From a virus, in the IMG/VR virus record IMGVR_UViG_3300045988_136773: 64,000 bases of DNA; one strand, written 5' to 3'. A model generated the notes under the pieces. That model made no database searches. It had not been told where the DNA came from and saw only the letters and a list, made by a program, of their open reading frames with translations. Below, piece by piece: positions 17,080-24,498 of this stretch. How positions within the stretch are numbered: position 1 is the stretch's first letter; each line of letters opens with the position of its first letter. Both the position numbers and the translations under genes were made by a program.

Positions 17080-17352
17080 ATGAATACAGATAATTTGAAA
17101 GCTATCCGGAAAAAGTCCGGAAAGACTCAAAAAGAGGTTGCAGAAGGAATTGGTATTGGTCAAGGCACATACAAAAATTATGAAACTGGTGCAAGAGAAC
17201 CTAATAATGCTACCCTAGTCGCAATCGCAAATTATTTTGATGTAACAACAGACTACTTACTAGGACGAGAACAAACAGCATCTACTGAATCATTAAGGTT
17301 AAGCAAAATCAAGGAACATATCGATGCTATCAATGATATTCTGAATGACTGA
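17080..17352 (+). CDS. XRE-family HTH regulator (module 2)
   Basis: RBS is AAGGTGGTG. HTH segment: KTQKEVAEGIGIGQGTYKNYETGAREP. Confidence 0.75.
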   Translation: MNTDNLKAIRKKSGKTQKEVAEGIGIGQGTYKNYETGAREPNNATLVAIANYFDVTTDYLLGREQTASTESLRLSKIKEHIDAINDILND

Positions 17353-17365
17353 GGAGTTGATTCTT

Positions 17366-17818
17366 GTGAAAATTTACATTAGAGGCTTTGCAGAAATGCA
17401 AAGAGAAGTCGAAAGAACACTATCTGCACACACCGGAGAAGTTATAGAGCATATGTTAAAATGCTATCTAATGCCAGATCATCCAGCTGTGAATCACTGG
17501 AAATCTGAAATTGCAAATCAAATTTGTAGTGTTAATAAGTTGAAAAATACTAAAAAGTATCCTACTGCAAATAAGATTTATGCGTGGACATACGAACAAA
17601 ATTGTGCAATACTAACAAATTATACTAAATTTTCTAATTTCGTCCGTGAAATTTGCAATGACTATAGTATTGAGACAATTGAACCAGTAAAGGACATTAT
17701 GGATGACTTCAACAAAATTTGTAAAGAGTATTTTAGCTGGCTTGCTAATATGCTAAGCACATCTGGAAAAGCCGCTAGCACTGATATATACGATAAATTA
17801 GATGAATTATTTCGATAG
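17366..17818 (+). CDS. hypothetical helical protein (possibly DUF29-like), paralogue of 17842..18312
   Basis: GTG at 17366 follows GAGGAG. It shares layout with the neighbour (W.SEIA.., YAWTY / YKWTY, YFSWLA / YFHWLT, DKLDELF / EKLDELL). Confidence 0.5.
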   Translation: MKIYIRGFAEMQREVERTLSAHTGEVIEHMLKCYLMPDHPAVNHWKSEIANQICSVNKLKNTKKYPTANKIYAWTYEQNCAILTNYTKFSNFVREICNDYSIETIEPVKDIMDDFNKICKEYFSWLANMLSTSGKAASTDIYDKLDELFR

Positions 17819-17841
17819 TACGAATTAGAGGTGAAACAGAA

Positions 17842-18312
17842 ATGAGGATATTTGTAACAGAACGTGCAGATTTGCTACGTGATCTGGAAAGAGAATTATC
17901 GCCTCGTACAGATAAGATAATTGATACAATTATACAGCTATACTTGTTTCCGGAGAATGCTGACGCAAAGAAATGGAAATTTGAAATTGCTCGTAATCTA
18001 AATTCTGTATCTGTGATTAAAAAGAAGTTGCCTACAGCAAAACAACTTTATAAATGGACATATTATAAAAAGTGGGATCTTGTAACAGACATAGCATGGA
18101 TGAGTGTTACCATGCGTGACATAAAATATAAATGTCATGCAAAGGTTACTGAACCAGTTGAAACTGTCTGTAAAGACGTAGATGATATTTGTTGTAAATA
18201 TTTTCACTGGCTTACTCATGAGCTAAGTACCTACGGGTGTGTTGCAAACGCTCAAATTGATGAAAAATTGGATGAGCTTCTTAGAGATAAAGGACGGTTT
18301 AGTAATATGTGA
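17842..18312 (+). CDS. hypothetical helical protein, paralogue of 17366..17818
   Basis: RBS is AGAGGTGA. Alignable by eye to the preceding gene. Confidence 0.5.
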   Translation: MRIFVTERADLLRDLERELSPRTDKIIDTIIQLYLFPENADAKKWKFEIARNLNSVSVIKKKLPTAKQLYKWTYYKKWDLVTDIAWMSVTMRDIKYKCHAKVTEPVETVCKDVDDICCKYFHWLTHELSTYGCVANAQIDEKLDELLRDKGRFSNM

Positions 18313-18317
18313 GATTT

Positions 18318-18842
18318 TTACAGGGTGTTGACTATCATGAAAATCCGTAAAAGAAAACGATATATCAAAAGCAGTAGTAACGTAAACACATTGGAGTTTG
18401 AGATTGTTGTACTTGCAGATGTACTCGTAGACGTTTCTACAGATAATTCGTCATCTACTTTGTGATTGATGGAACTTACAATTATAAGCGATACAAGAAT
18501 ACTGATTACAACTATGACAGCTGTTATGGTAATTCCGAGAATCAGTTTTTTGTTATGTATATGATTTGAATGACATTCTGGTGAATCTAGCTTTGCACTT
18601 GATACTACATCTGCGTTTGTATGTTCACTCTCTAGGTTTTGTTGCGGTTCTTGCACTTTTGTTCCACAAACAGGACAAATACCTGTTTGCATATCAATAG
18701 GGTTCCCACAATTCCAGCACAGCCTGCTGTCATTCGATTTTACGTCTGTTGAATGTACTGCATCTTGATCTATACAAAATCCACATAGATAACAATCTTT
18801 TGCATTATCATCAAGTTCTGTACCACAATTCGGGCATAGCAT
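18318..18842 (-). CDS. double zinc-ribbon protein with C-terminal TM helix
   Basis: Four CxxC pairs are present (CPNCG..CYLCG and CWNCG..CPVCG), plus the TM segment LILGITITAVIVVISILVSLIIV. RBS is GAGGTGA. Confidence 0.6.
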   Translation of the reverse strand: MLCPNCGTELDDNAKDCYLCGFCIDQDAVHSTDVKSNDSRLCWNCGNPIDMQTGICPVCGTKVQEPQQNLESEHTNADVVSSAKLDSPECHSNHIHNKKLILGITITAVIVVISILVSLIIVSSINHKVDDELSVETSTSTSASTTISNSNVFTLLLLLIYRFLLRIFMIVNTL

Positions 18843-18857
18843 AGTAATTCACCTCTG

Positions 18858-20108
18858 TCAGTTTTTCGTTTTTGGTAGCTTTACATTATGATATATTATA
18901 AGTCCTACTATTGCAGTTAAACAGAATGATGCTAATATTAAGAAAAATCCAATTCCGAGTATAGATTTCAATTTCACACCATCTTCAATGATGAATGTTT
19001 GAAATAGATGTTTTAAATCTATAAACGTGACAACTTCTCCGATGATGCCTATTATAGGAGCTCCTACAGCAATGTACTTTTTGTATTTACCTAATGGTTT
19101 TATATAATTCATGATGATGATTAGTATTGGAACTAAAAATATGAGTATGCTGAAAATCGACTTGTTATCCCCTAATTTAAGTTCTTTTATTCCAACTAAA
19201 GTACTAAATACACTTGCAGTAATTCTATTTCCAGTATCTTCTGCGGACTTAGCATAAAAACTTGCAAACGGAAAAAATGTAAATACTAGAGTTATTATTG
19301 AACATATCGTCATAATGTGATTTCTGACAAATTTGTTTTTTATCGGGATATTTTCAAAATTTTCATCATGTGGTTGTGCGGCAGCAGCAGATTTTAATGT
19401 ATTAACTGCTTTTGATGCTATGTGACTTATGGATTGTGACGCTTCAGATCCTGATACTACATACTGATTTGAATTTGATTCCGCAGGCTTAGATACTGGA
19501 TTTGATGCAACTTGTATATGATTAGATTTATTTTGCATCTTTGCAATTTCCGTATCACGATATAACACATCAACGCTATTTGGGCAGCTGTCGATTAACA
19601 ATTGCATAAATTCAAGGTTTCCAATGAAATATACTTCGTAAATATCTGTACCAATGTAATCTGTAAGCTCTTGAAAAATTCCCTTCCACTGCAAATCCCT
19701 GATTTGAATTGAGTTTATCCATTCGTCAATTGATCGATTTTGAATTCTAGTCGTATCGAATGCATGTCCATTTATAGTAATTTTAGTTACAAATGGATTT
19801 TCGCTATACAGAATTGTTACTGTGTTATTTGAACTTATAAGATTTACAGGTGAATCTTTCAGTGCATATTTCACCATTTCAAATGATGCGGCATCACTTT
19901 CAAACAACAGTGTATAATCAGGTTTTCCGGTAAATGACCTTAATTCTTCATATAGGCCTTTCCATTTTACTCCCTTTGAACTCAATGGAAATAGCCATTG
20001 TTCTATCGGGAAATCTCTGATACATTTTGTATCAAGTGTTTTATCATCATAAGATATTTTCAGTGTATCTTTTTCTCTATCGTACACTATCTTTACAATA
20101 GGTTTCAT
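18858..20108 (-). CDS. membrane protein: two tandem copies of a ~85-aa soluble domain plus about 4 TM helices
   Basis: Internal repeat (..EQWLFPLSSKGVKWKGLYEELRSFTG.. versus ..DEWINSIQIRDLQWKGIFQELTDYIG..) with four hydrophobic helices at the C-terminus. RBS is GAGGTGA. Confidence 0.6.
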   Translation of the reverse strand: MKPIVKIVYDREKDTLKISYDDKTLDTKCIRDFPIEQWLFPLSSKGVKWKGLYEELRSFTGKPDYTLLFESDAASFEMVKYALKDSPVNLISSNNTVTILYSENPFVTKITINGHAFDTTRIQNRSIDEWINSIQIRDLQWKGIFQELTDYIGTDIYEVYFIGNLEFMQLLIDSCPNSVDVLYRDTEIAKMQNKSNHIQVASNPVSKPAESNSNQYVVSGSEASQSISHIASKAVNTLKSAAAAQPHDENFENIPIKNKFVRNHIMTICSIITLVFTFFPFASFYAKSAEDTGNRITASVFSTLVGIKELKLGDNKSIFSILIFLVPILIIIMNYIKPLGKYKKYIAVGAPIIGIIGEVVTFIDLKHLFQTFIIEDGVKLKSILGIGFFLILASFCLTAIVGLIIYHNVKLPKTKN

Positions 20109-20121
20109 AGTTTTGTCACCT

Positions 20122-21117
20122 CTATACAGTAAATGTCTTTGCGATTTTATTCTGAATATCCATAGAAAACATAGGAATCTGTATATTCAACAGTTCGTCT
20201 AAATCAAGTTTTGCAATAGTTACTCCAGATTTGCAATTGTTCAGTTCATACTGTCCACATTCGCTTTCTAAAAATGCCTTTACATAATATGGATTTACCT
20301 TGTCTGCGTCTAGTTCTAAAACATACATTCTTCCAACAGCGATTACATTTGCATCTTCAAAGTCGGCAATCTGCGTTTTTGATGTATCTCCGAATTTGGG
20401 AATAATCAAACTCTTATTCGGAATTTTATGATTTAGATAAGAATCTGATTCTTTTAGATATTTGAGTGCAGATGTTTTAGCGTTCGAATTGAGATCATTA
20501 GTGCTAAACGCATACATACTTGTTTCAGATTTAGATATTGCATTTTTCAAGTCTGTTGGATTCATCTCAATTCCACAAATCACTTTCTTTGTAATGCTTT
20601 TGAGTGTCACAGGATTTTCAAAGTTCAAGTTGTGATCGAAATAGCGTACAGGATATAACTGATAGTTTAATGATATGATTTCATCTTTGGATACACAGCG
20701 GCTTATATCTGTATTCGATTTGCATGCTGTTGCAATCTTAGAAATATCGTCATCAGACAGAATCTTATGATTTTCGTTTGTATGATAAGCATCTGTAGCA
20801 TCAACCATATACACGCTACCATCAGATTTACCAAGTACGAGCATAGCAATTTGTGCATTTGTTGTATGCAACAAGCCAGGTTTAAGCGATACGACAGCCT
20901 TTAGTCGATTGTTTTCAATCAGATCTTTTCGGACTGTCTGATATGCTTTTCGATCATCAAATACTCCACCGTTCAAAATGAATACAACTGAATTAGTATC
21001 AGCTGTGTTTACTAAATCCGAAATTGTCATGACATCAGTTTGCGTTGATGGCTTTTTAGAAATTGATTCTTCCAATTCCTTCAAAGAATCCGTTAATTTC
21101 AACTTGATTTGTTTCAT
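20122..21117 (-). CDS. N6-adenine methylase C-terminal remnant fused to an HsdS-type target recognition domain (no motif I or IV seen)
   Basis: Three segments match by eye: FILNGGVFDDRKAYQTVRKDLIENNRLKAVVSLKPGLLHTTNAQIAMLVLGK, then LSDDDISKI..VSKDEIISLNYQLYPVRYF, then a TRD ending LDLDELLNIQIPMFSMDIQNKIAKTF. Confidence 0.55.
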   Translation of the reverse strand: MKQIKLKLTDSLKELEESISKKPSTQTDVMTISDLVNTADTNSVVFILNGGVFDDRKAYQTVRKDLIENNRLKAVVSLKPGLLHTTNAQIAMLVLGKSDGSVYMVDATDAYHTNENHKILSDDDISKIATACKSNTDISRCVSKDEIISLNYQLYPVRYFDHNLNFENPVTLKSITKKVICGIEMNPTDLKNAISKSETSMYAFSTNDLNSNAKTSALKYLKESDSYLNHKIPNKSLIIPKFGDTSKTQIADFEDANVIAVGRMYVLELDADKVNPYYVKAFLESECGQYELNNCKSGVTIAKLDLDELLNIQIPMFSMDIQNKIAKTFTV

Positions 21118-21158
21118 TTTACGCCCCCCAAATTGGAATAAATAATTTTTACAAATAC

Positions 21159-21167
21159 ATTATATCA
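21159..21167 (-). promoter_or_regulatory. extended -10 element TGaTATAAT on the minus strand upstream of 21117
   Basis: The reverse complement of 21159-21167 is TGATATAAT. It lies in the 143-nt gap between the ImmA-like gene and the methylase-remnant gene. Confidence 0.4.
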
Positions 21168-21260
21168 CATTTCACGACATTGTTCTATTTGCAAATTGTA
21201 CAAATTTTAAAGTGTGTACTGTGTGCAATTTGACGAAAATCATATTGATATACGCATCTG

Positions 21261-21773
21261 TCATTTGTTTATTTTACCAAAGATATAGTTTTGAAACTGC
21301 GTATACAAACGAATATCATCATGCTGGACACCGTTCCGCTTATAATTTTGTATACACACTATCTGCTTCTTTGCTGCGGATAATGGAATACTGCATAGTT
21401 TTACAAGCTGATACACATCATCTACGTTGATAGCCGACAAGACTGGAATCGGGGCTAATAGATTTAATCCAAATCGGTATGCTTCTTCATCAGATAGTTG
21501 GATTCCAGTGAATACACGACCTATTTCGCATGCTATTAAAAGCCTTTGATTTTCGATTGAAGTAGAATCATCTATTAATATACACATCTGTCCGTCAATT
21601 TTAATCAACCCACCAATGATATTTATACGATCTTGTCGTTTTGTTATATCACTCAGTTTTATAATCTTCACTTGAAACACTTTGCAAATTTTTCGAAGTT
21701 TAACAGGCAATGCTGTAATATTGCATTGAATTAAGCATGCTGTACTTTGTTCTATCATATTATAAGATTTCAT
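21261..21773 (-). CDS. ImmA/IrrE (COG2856)-like protein with degenerate metal site
   Basis: QRLLIACEIGRVF..EEAYRFGLNLLAPIPVL aligns by eye to the rFtlaHElgH..E..An.FA..lLmP pattern, with HExxH replaced by CEIGR. It is adjacent to an XRE gene. Confidence 0.5.
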   Translation of the reverse strand: MKSYNMIEQSTACLIQCNITALPVKLRKICKVFQVKIIKLSDITKRQDRINIIGGLIKIDGQMCILIDDSTSIENQRLLIACEIGRVFTGIQLSDEEAYRFGLNLLAPIPVLSAINVDDVYQLVKLCSIPLSAAKKQIVCIQNYKRNGVQHDDIRLYTQFQNYIFGKINK

Positions 21774-21809
21774 AAGACCACCTCATGAGTATTATGCTGT
21801 AATTCCGCA

Positions 21810-22268
21810 TCAATATTCATCTGATGAATCTTTTGCATTTTTCAAAGCATTTATGTCAATCCCAGACTGCTCAGATTCGCCTGTATTGGCTTTTGTTGCG
21901 GTGTGACTATAGTTTTCCTCTTGGTTTCGTAGCATCGATTCTAGGGAATCCTGACGCTTGTTCTCATACATCTGCTCTAGCCTGCCAATTATTTTTATCT
22001 GATCTCGATCTGAGAATTTTCGATATATGTGCAACACTTCAATTTCATTCTCAGATAGATTATTTTCAGATTCTTTTCCGGTCAGAATATATTCTGGAGA
22101 TGTACCTAGAAACTCTGCGATTGCAACAATTTTATCCGAAGATGGATTTGTTCCGTGTGTTTTCCAGTCAGATATAGCGGCAGTTGAGATTCCTGTGTAC
22201 GCAGCTAGTTCTTTCTGCATCTTCCCTTTCGATTTTAGCAGCTGAAAAATTCTTTGTGAAATTGTCAT
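21810..22268 (-). CDS. XRE-family HTH regulator (152 aa, cI-like size)
   Basis: HTH segment: KMQKELAAYTGISTAAISDWKTHGTNPSSDKIVAIAEFLGTSPEYILTG. RBS is GAGAGGAG. Confidence 0.75.
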   Translation of the reverse strand: MTISQRIFQLLKSKGKMQKELAAYTGISTAAISDWKTHGTNPSSDKIVAIAEFLGTSPEYILTGKESENNLSENEIEVLHIYRKFSDRDQIKIIGRLEQMYENKRQDSLESMLRNQEENYSHTATKANTGESEQSGIDINALKNAKDSSDEY

Positions 22269-22328
22269 AATTCTGTCTCCTCTCTTTTAGATATATTCAC
22301 AAATAATTCAGTAATCCGTATTTATGTA

Positions 22329-22357
22329 TTGACAAATACGTATATACGAATTACAAT
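22329..22357 (+). promoter_or_regulatory. promoter TTGACA-17-TACAAT with palindrome CGTATATACG in the spacer
   Basis: -35 at 22329-22334, -10 at 22352-22357, palindrome at 22339-22348. It is divergent from the XRE gene. Confidence 0.55.
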
Positions 22358-22506
22358 ATGAATATAGCAAGTGCTATCAGTAAATATGGCTGATACATAT
22401 AGGGGATTTTTACAGTCGAGTTTTGCAGTATTTCTTATAGTATAATTTTTTCTTGATGATTTGTCAATAGTATCATTCTGTGAAACCGATTTCATATAGT
22501 AAAAAT

Positions 22507-22548
22507 ATAGCCTGTACTATTCAGAATCAGCTGACTAGTACAGGCTAT
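22507..22548. terminator. 12-bp stem hairpin terminator
   Basis: Stem atagcctgtact / agtacaggctat. T-rich tracts follow on both strands. It lies just downstream of the minus-strand gene ending at 22566. Confidence 0.65.
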
Positions 22549-22565
22549 GTTTAGTTTATGATGAT

Positions 22566-23180
22566 TTAGCTTCGGAAAGCAGATTTCACTCGATTGACAA
22601 TATAGCTTAACGCTTGACGATATGTCTGGAATTTGTGTCCGCTCACAATGATTTCAAGACTATCGTATTGTAGGTCATCTGGGTTCTTTTCATTCAAATC
22701 ACGGTAATTTTCAAGTTCCCTAGCATAGTATTCATTTCTAGCATCAAATCTATCCCAATTTTTATTATTGCCCTTATGCTTTGTCAGACGATGATCTGAA
22801 ATTCTAAGATTTAGAATGATTTTCACATTCAGTGCCTCATACTCATCCTCTTTGCAGAGTACAAAATAACATGACTTACTATTATTTCGGTTACTGAAAT
22901 TCGAACCTTCTAATGTTTCAAAGCCAATAGCTTTTAGATTAATTGCAACAGAATTCATGAATGCGTAGTAATGCTCTTCTGCGGTTTCTTCTATTACATC
23001 GTCTAATTCAGAATCTGTCAAATTTGGATTGAATGCTGCCGTAATGCCATCGTTGAATGAGTATATGAGAACAGTTGTGGCAGCTGAATTGACTACCACA
23101 CAGGTAACTACTACAGAAACAACCAGTATGACTACTACAACCGCAGAAACTACTACAACAAATCTCATTGACTTAAACAA
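22566..23180 (-). CDS. hypothetical protein (true start uncertain; N-terminal poly-Val segment overlaps the next gene in antisense)
   Basis: ORF track. The C-terminal ~130 aa look like genuine coding sequence and are followed by a terminator. No clear RBS precedes any candidate start. Confidence 0.45.
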   Translation of the reverse strand: MFKSMRFVVVVSAVVVVILVVSVVVTCVVVNSAATTVLIYSFNDGITAAFNPNLTDSELDDVIEETAEEHYYAFMNSVAINLKAIGFETLEGSNFSNRNNSKSCYFVLCKEDEYEALNVKIILNLRISDHRLTKHKGNNKNWDRFDARNEYYARELENYRDLNEKNPDDLQYDSLEIIVSGHKFQTYRQALSYIVNRVKSAFRS

Positions 23181-23865
23181 TTATATTGGTTTTTGGCATA
23201 GCTCTGATTTTGGAAACGCTAGAGAATTAACAATATCAAACGTATCTGACAAAACACTAGTGTTTACTCTATGGTACTATCGTTTAAGCTCAATTGATGA
23301 TGTTTCAGCATTGATAGAAGGTAATATTGCTAAGTTTGATACTGGAGATGTGAGTGGATATTTAAAATTTGATGAATCTGCTATAACTGTTGTAATTGAA
23401 AGATCATCATTGGCTTACATGAATGCAGAACAAGTGAAATTTGATGGTAAACATAATCAATCATGGGAAAATGGATCGCCTGATGATACAACTACTGAGG
23501 CTGACACATTTATGCCGTATGAAATCCAAATCAAAAATCCAAAATTAAACATATATGATAAACCAAGCTATAGTGGCAATATCGTAGGAACAATTACAGA
23601 TCAACAATACTACACCATTGTCGAAGAGTACATGGAACCAGGTCATACTTCAAATTTAGATGTTTGGGGAAAATTGAAATCTGGAATGGGCTGGATAAAC
23701 CTATATGATGCTGAACTAGAGGAAGATTCTAGTTACATGGATGAATCTGCAAATGTTTATTGCCCAAGCTGCGGTTATGGATGGTTTACAACTGGCGTTG
23801 GCGATGATGGGTTCACTTGTCCTAGTTGTGGATTTAAATGGAATCCATATGTATATGGATTTTGA
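23029..23865 (+). CDS. SH3b-like domain protein with Thr-rich linker and C-terminal zinc ribbon (start uncertain)
   Basis: NIYDKPSYSGNIVGTITDQQYYTIVEE..WGKLKSGMGWINLYD resembles a bacterial SH3 domain. CPSCG..CPSCG lies at the C-terminus. A terminator follows. Confidence 0.55.
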   Translation: MNAAVMPSLNEYMRTVVAAELTTTQVTTTETTSMTTTTAETTTTNLIDLNNYIGFWHSSDFGNARELTISNVSDKTLVFTLWYYRLSSIDDVSALIEGNIAKFDTGDVSGYLKFDESAITVVIERSSLAYMNAEQVKFDGKHNQSWENGSPDDTTTEADTFMPYEIQIKNPKLNIYDKPSYSGNIVGTITDQQYYTIVEEYMEPGHTSNLDVWGKLKSGMGWINLYDAELEEDSSYMDESANVYCPSCGYGWFTTGVGDDGFTCPSCGFKWNPYVYGF

Positions 23866-23884
23866 TTAATTTAATACTTGAAGT

Positions 23885-23928
23885 AAAAGCCACATATATC
23901 ATGCATTTGTATGATATATGTGGCTTTT
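23885..23928. terminator. bidirectional terminator between convergent genes
   Basis: An 18-bp perfect stem (aaaagccacatatatcat / atgatatatgtggctttt) with an 8-nt loop, flanked by A and T runs. Confidence 0.8.
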
Positions 23929-23929
23929 C

Positions 23930-24307
23930 TTATTTCAGTGCAGGCGTTAATGAGAAATCACGTCTATATAATTCGTAATCCCCAGGTTGCAGTGCATCTG
24001 GATCAACTCTGGCTTTGTAATAGTCACAACAGTCGATAGCAACCTTGCTGTTCATAGCGTAAAAATTGTAGAACTGGGCATCTGTGTAAATGTGCTGTAT
24101 ACCAGCCCATGTCACGACTGATTTGTATCTCAATTCCCGTCGTAGAGGTGGACCATCAAGATAGCATTCACGGTATGTGACTATGCCGTAATCTTGGTAA
24201 TGATCTTCTTTGTAAGTGTATTCAGATGCAGGTGTGCTAACACAGCCACCACATAGCAATATAGTGCTGGTTGTGAGCGTATAAACAAAATACCTGAAGA
24301 ATTTCAT
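23930..24307 (-). CDS. putative secreted protein or lipoprotein
   Basis: ATG at 24307 gives MKFFRYFVYTLTTSTILLCGGCVSTP, a signal-like sequence with Cys residues. RBS is AGGAT. Confidence 0.5.
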   Translation of the reverse strand: MKFFRYFVYTLTTSTILLCGGCVSTPASEYTYKEDHYQDYGIVTYRECYLDGPPLRRELRYKSVVTWAGIQHIYTDAQFYNFYAMNSKVAIDCCDYYKARVDPDALQPGDYELYRRDFSLTPALK

Positions 24308-24444
24308 AATATCGCATCCTAACAAGACTATCCTCATCTAGAGGGTGGTCTTTTTTTTGTTTTAATATTAACTCCTGCCATGTTTTAGTGCCTACTAATA
24401 GACTGGAAATCTATTAGCATGAAAAATAGCTTTTTGCAATCATT

Positions 24445-24480
24445 ATAGTAAGTAGGGGTAATATAGTAAGTAGGGGTAAT
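24445..24480. repeat. perfect 18-bp tandem duplication ATAGTAAGTAGGGGTAAT x2
   Basis: Read directly at 24445-24462 and 24463-24480, in an intergenic gap. Confidence 0.9.
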
Positions 24481-24498
24481 TATCAATGATTCAACAAG

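Noticed and set aside
21185-21240. TTGCAAAT / ATTTGCAA-like elements shared between the 21.2-kb gap and the 25.5-kb ori-like region, considered as a common regulator site.
   Set aside because: The motif is short and AT-rich in an AT-rich genome, so chance occurrence cannot be excluded without a genome-wide count.
24445-24480. The 18-bp direct repeats, considered as an attachment-site or transposon end.
   Set aside because: They are adjacent with nothing enclosed between them, and no integrase, recombinase or transposase gene was recognised anywhere in the window.
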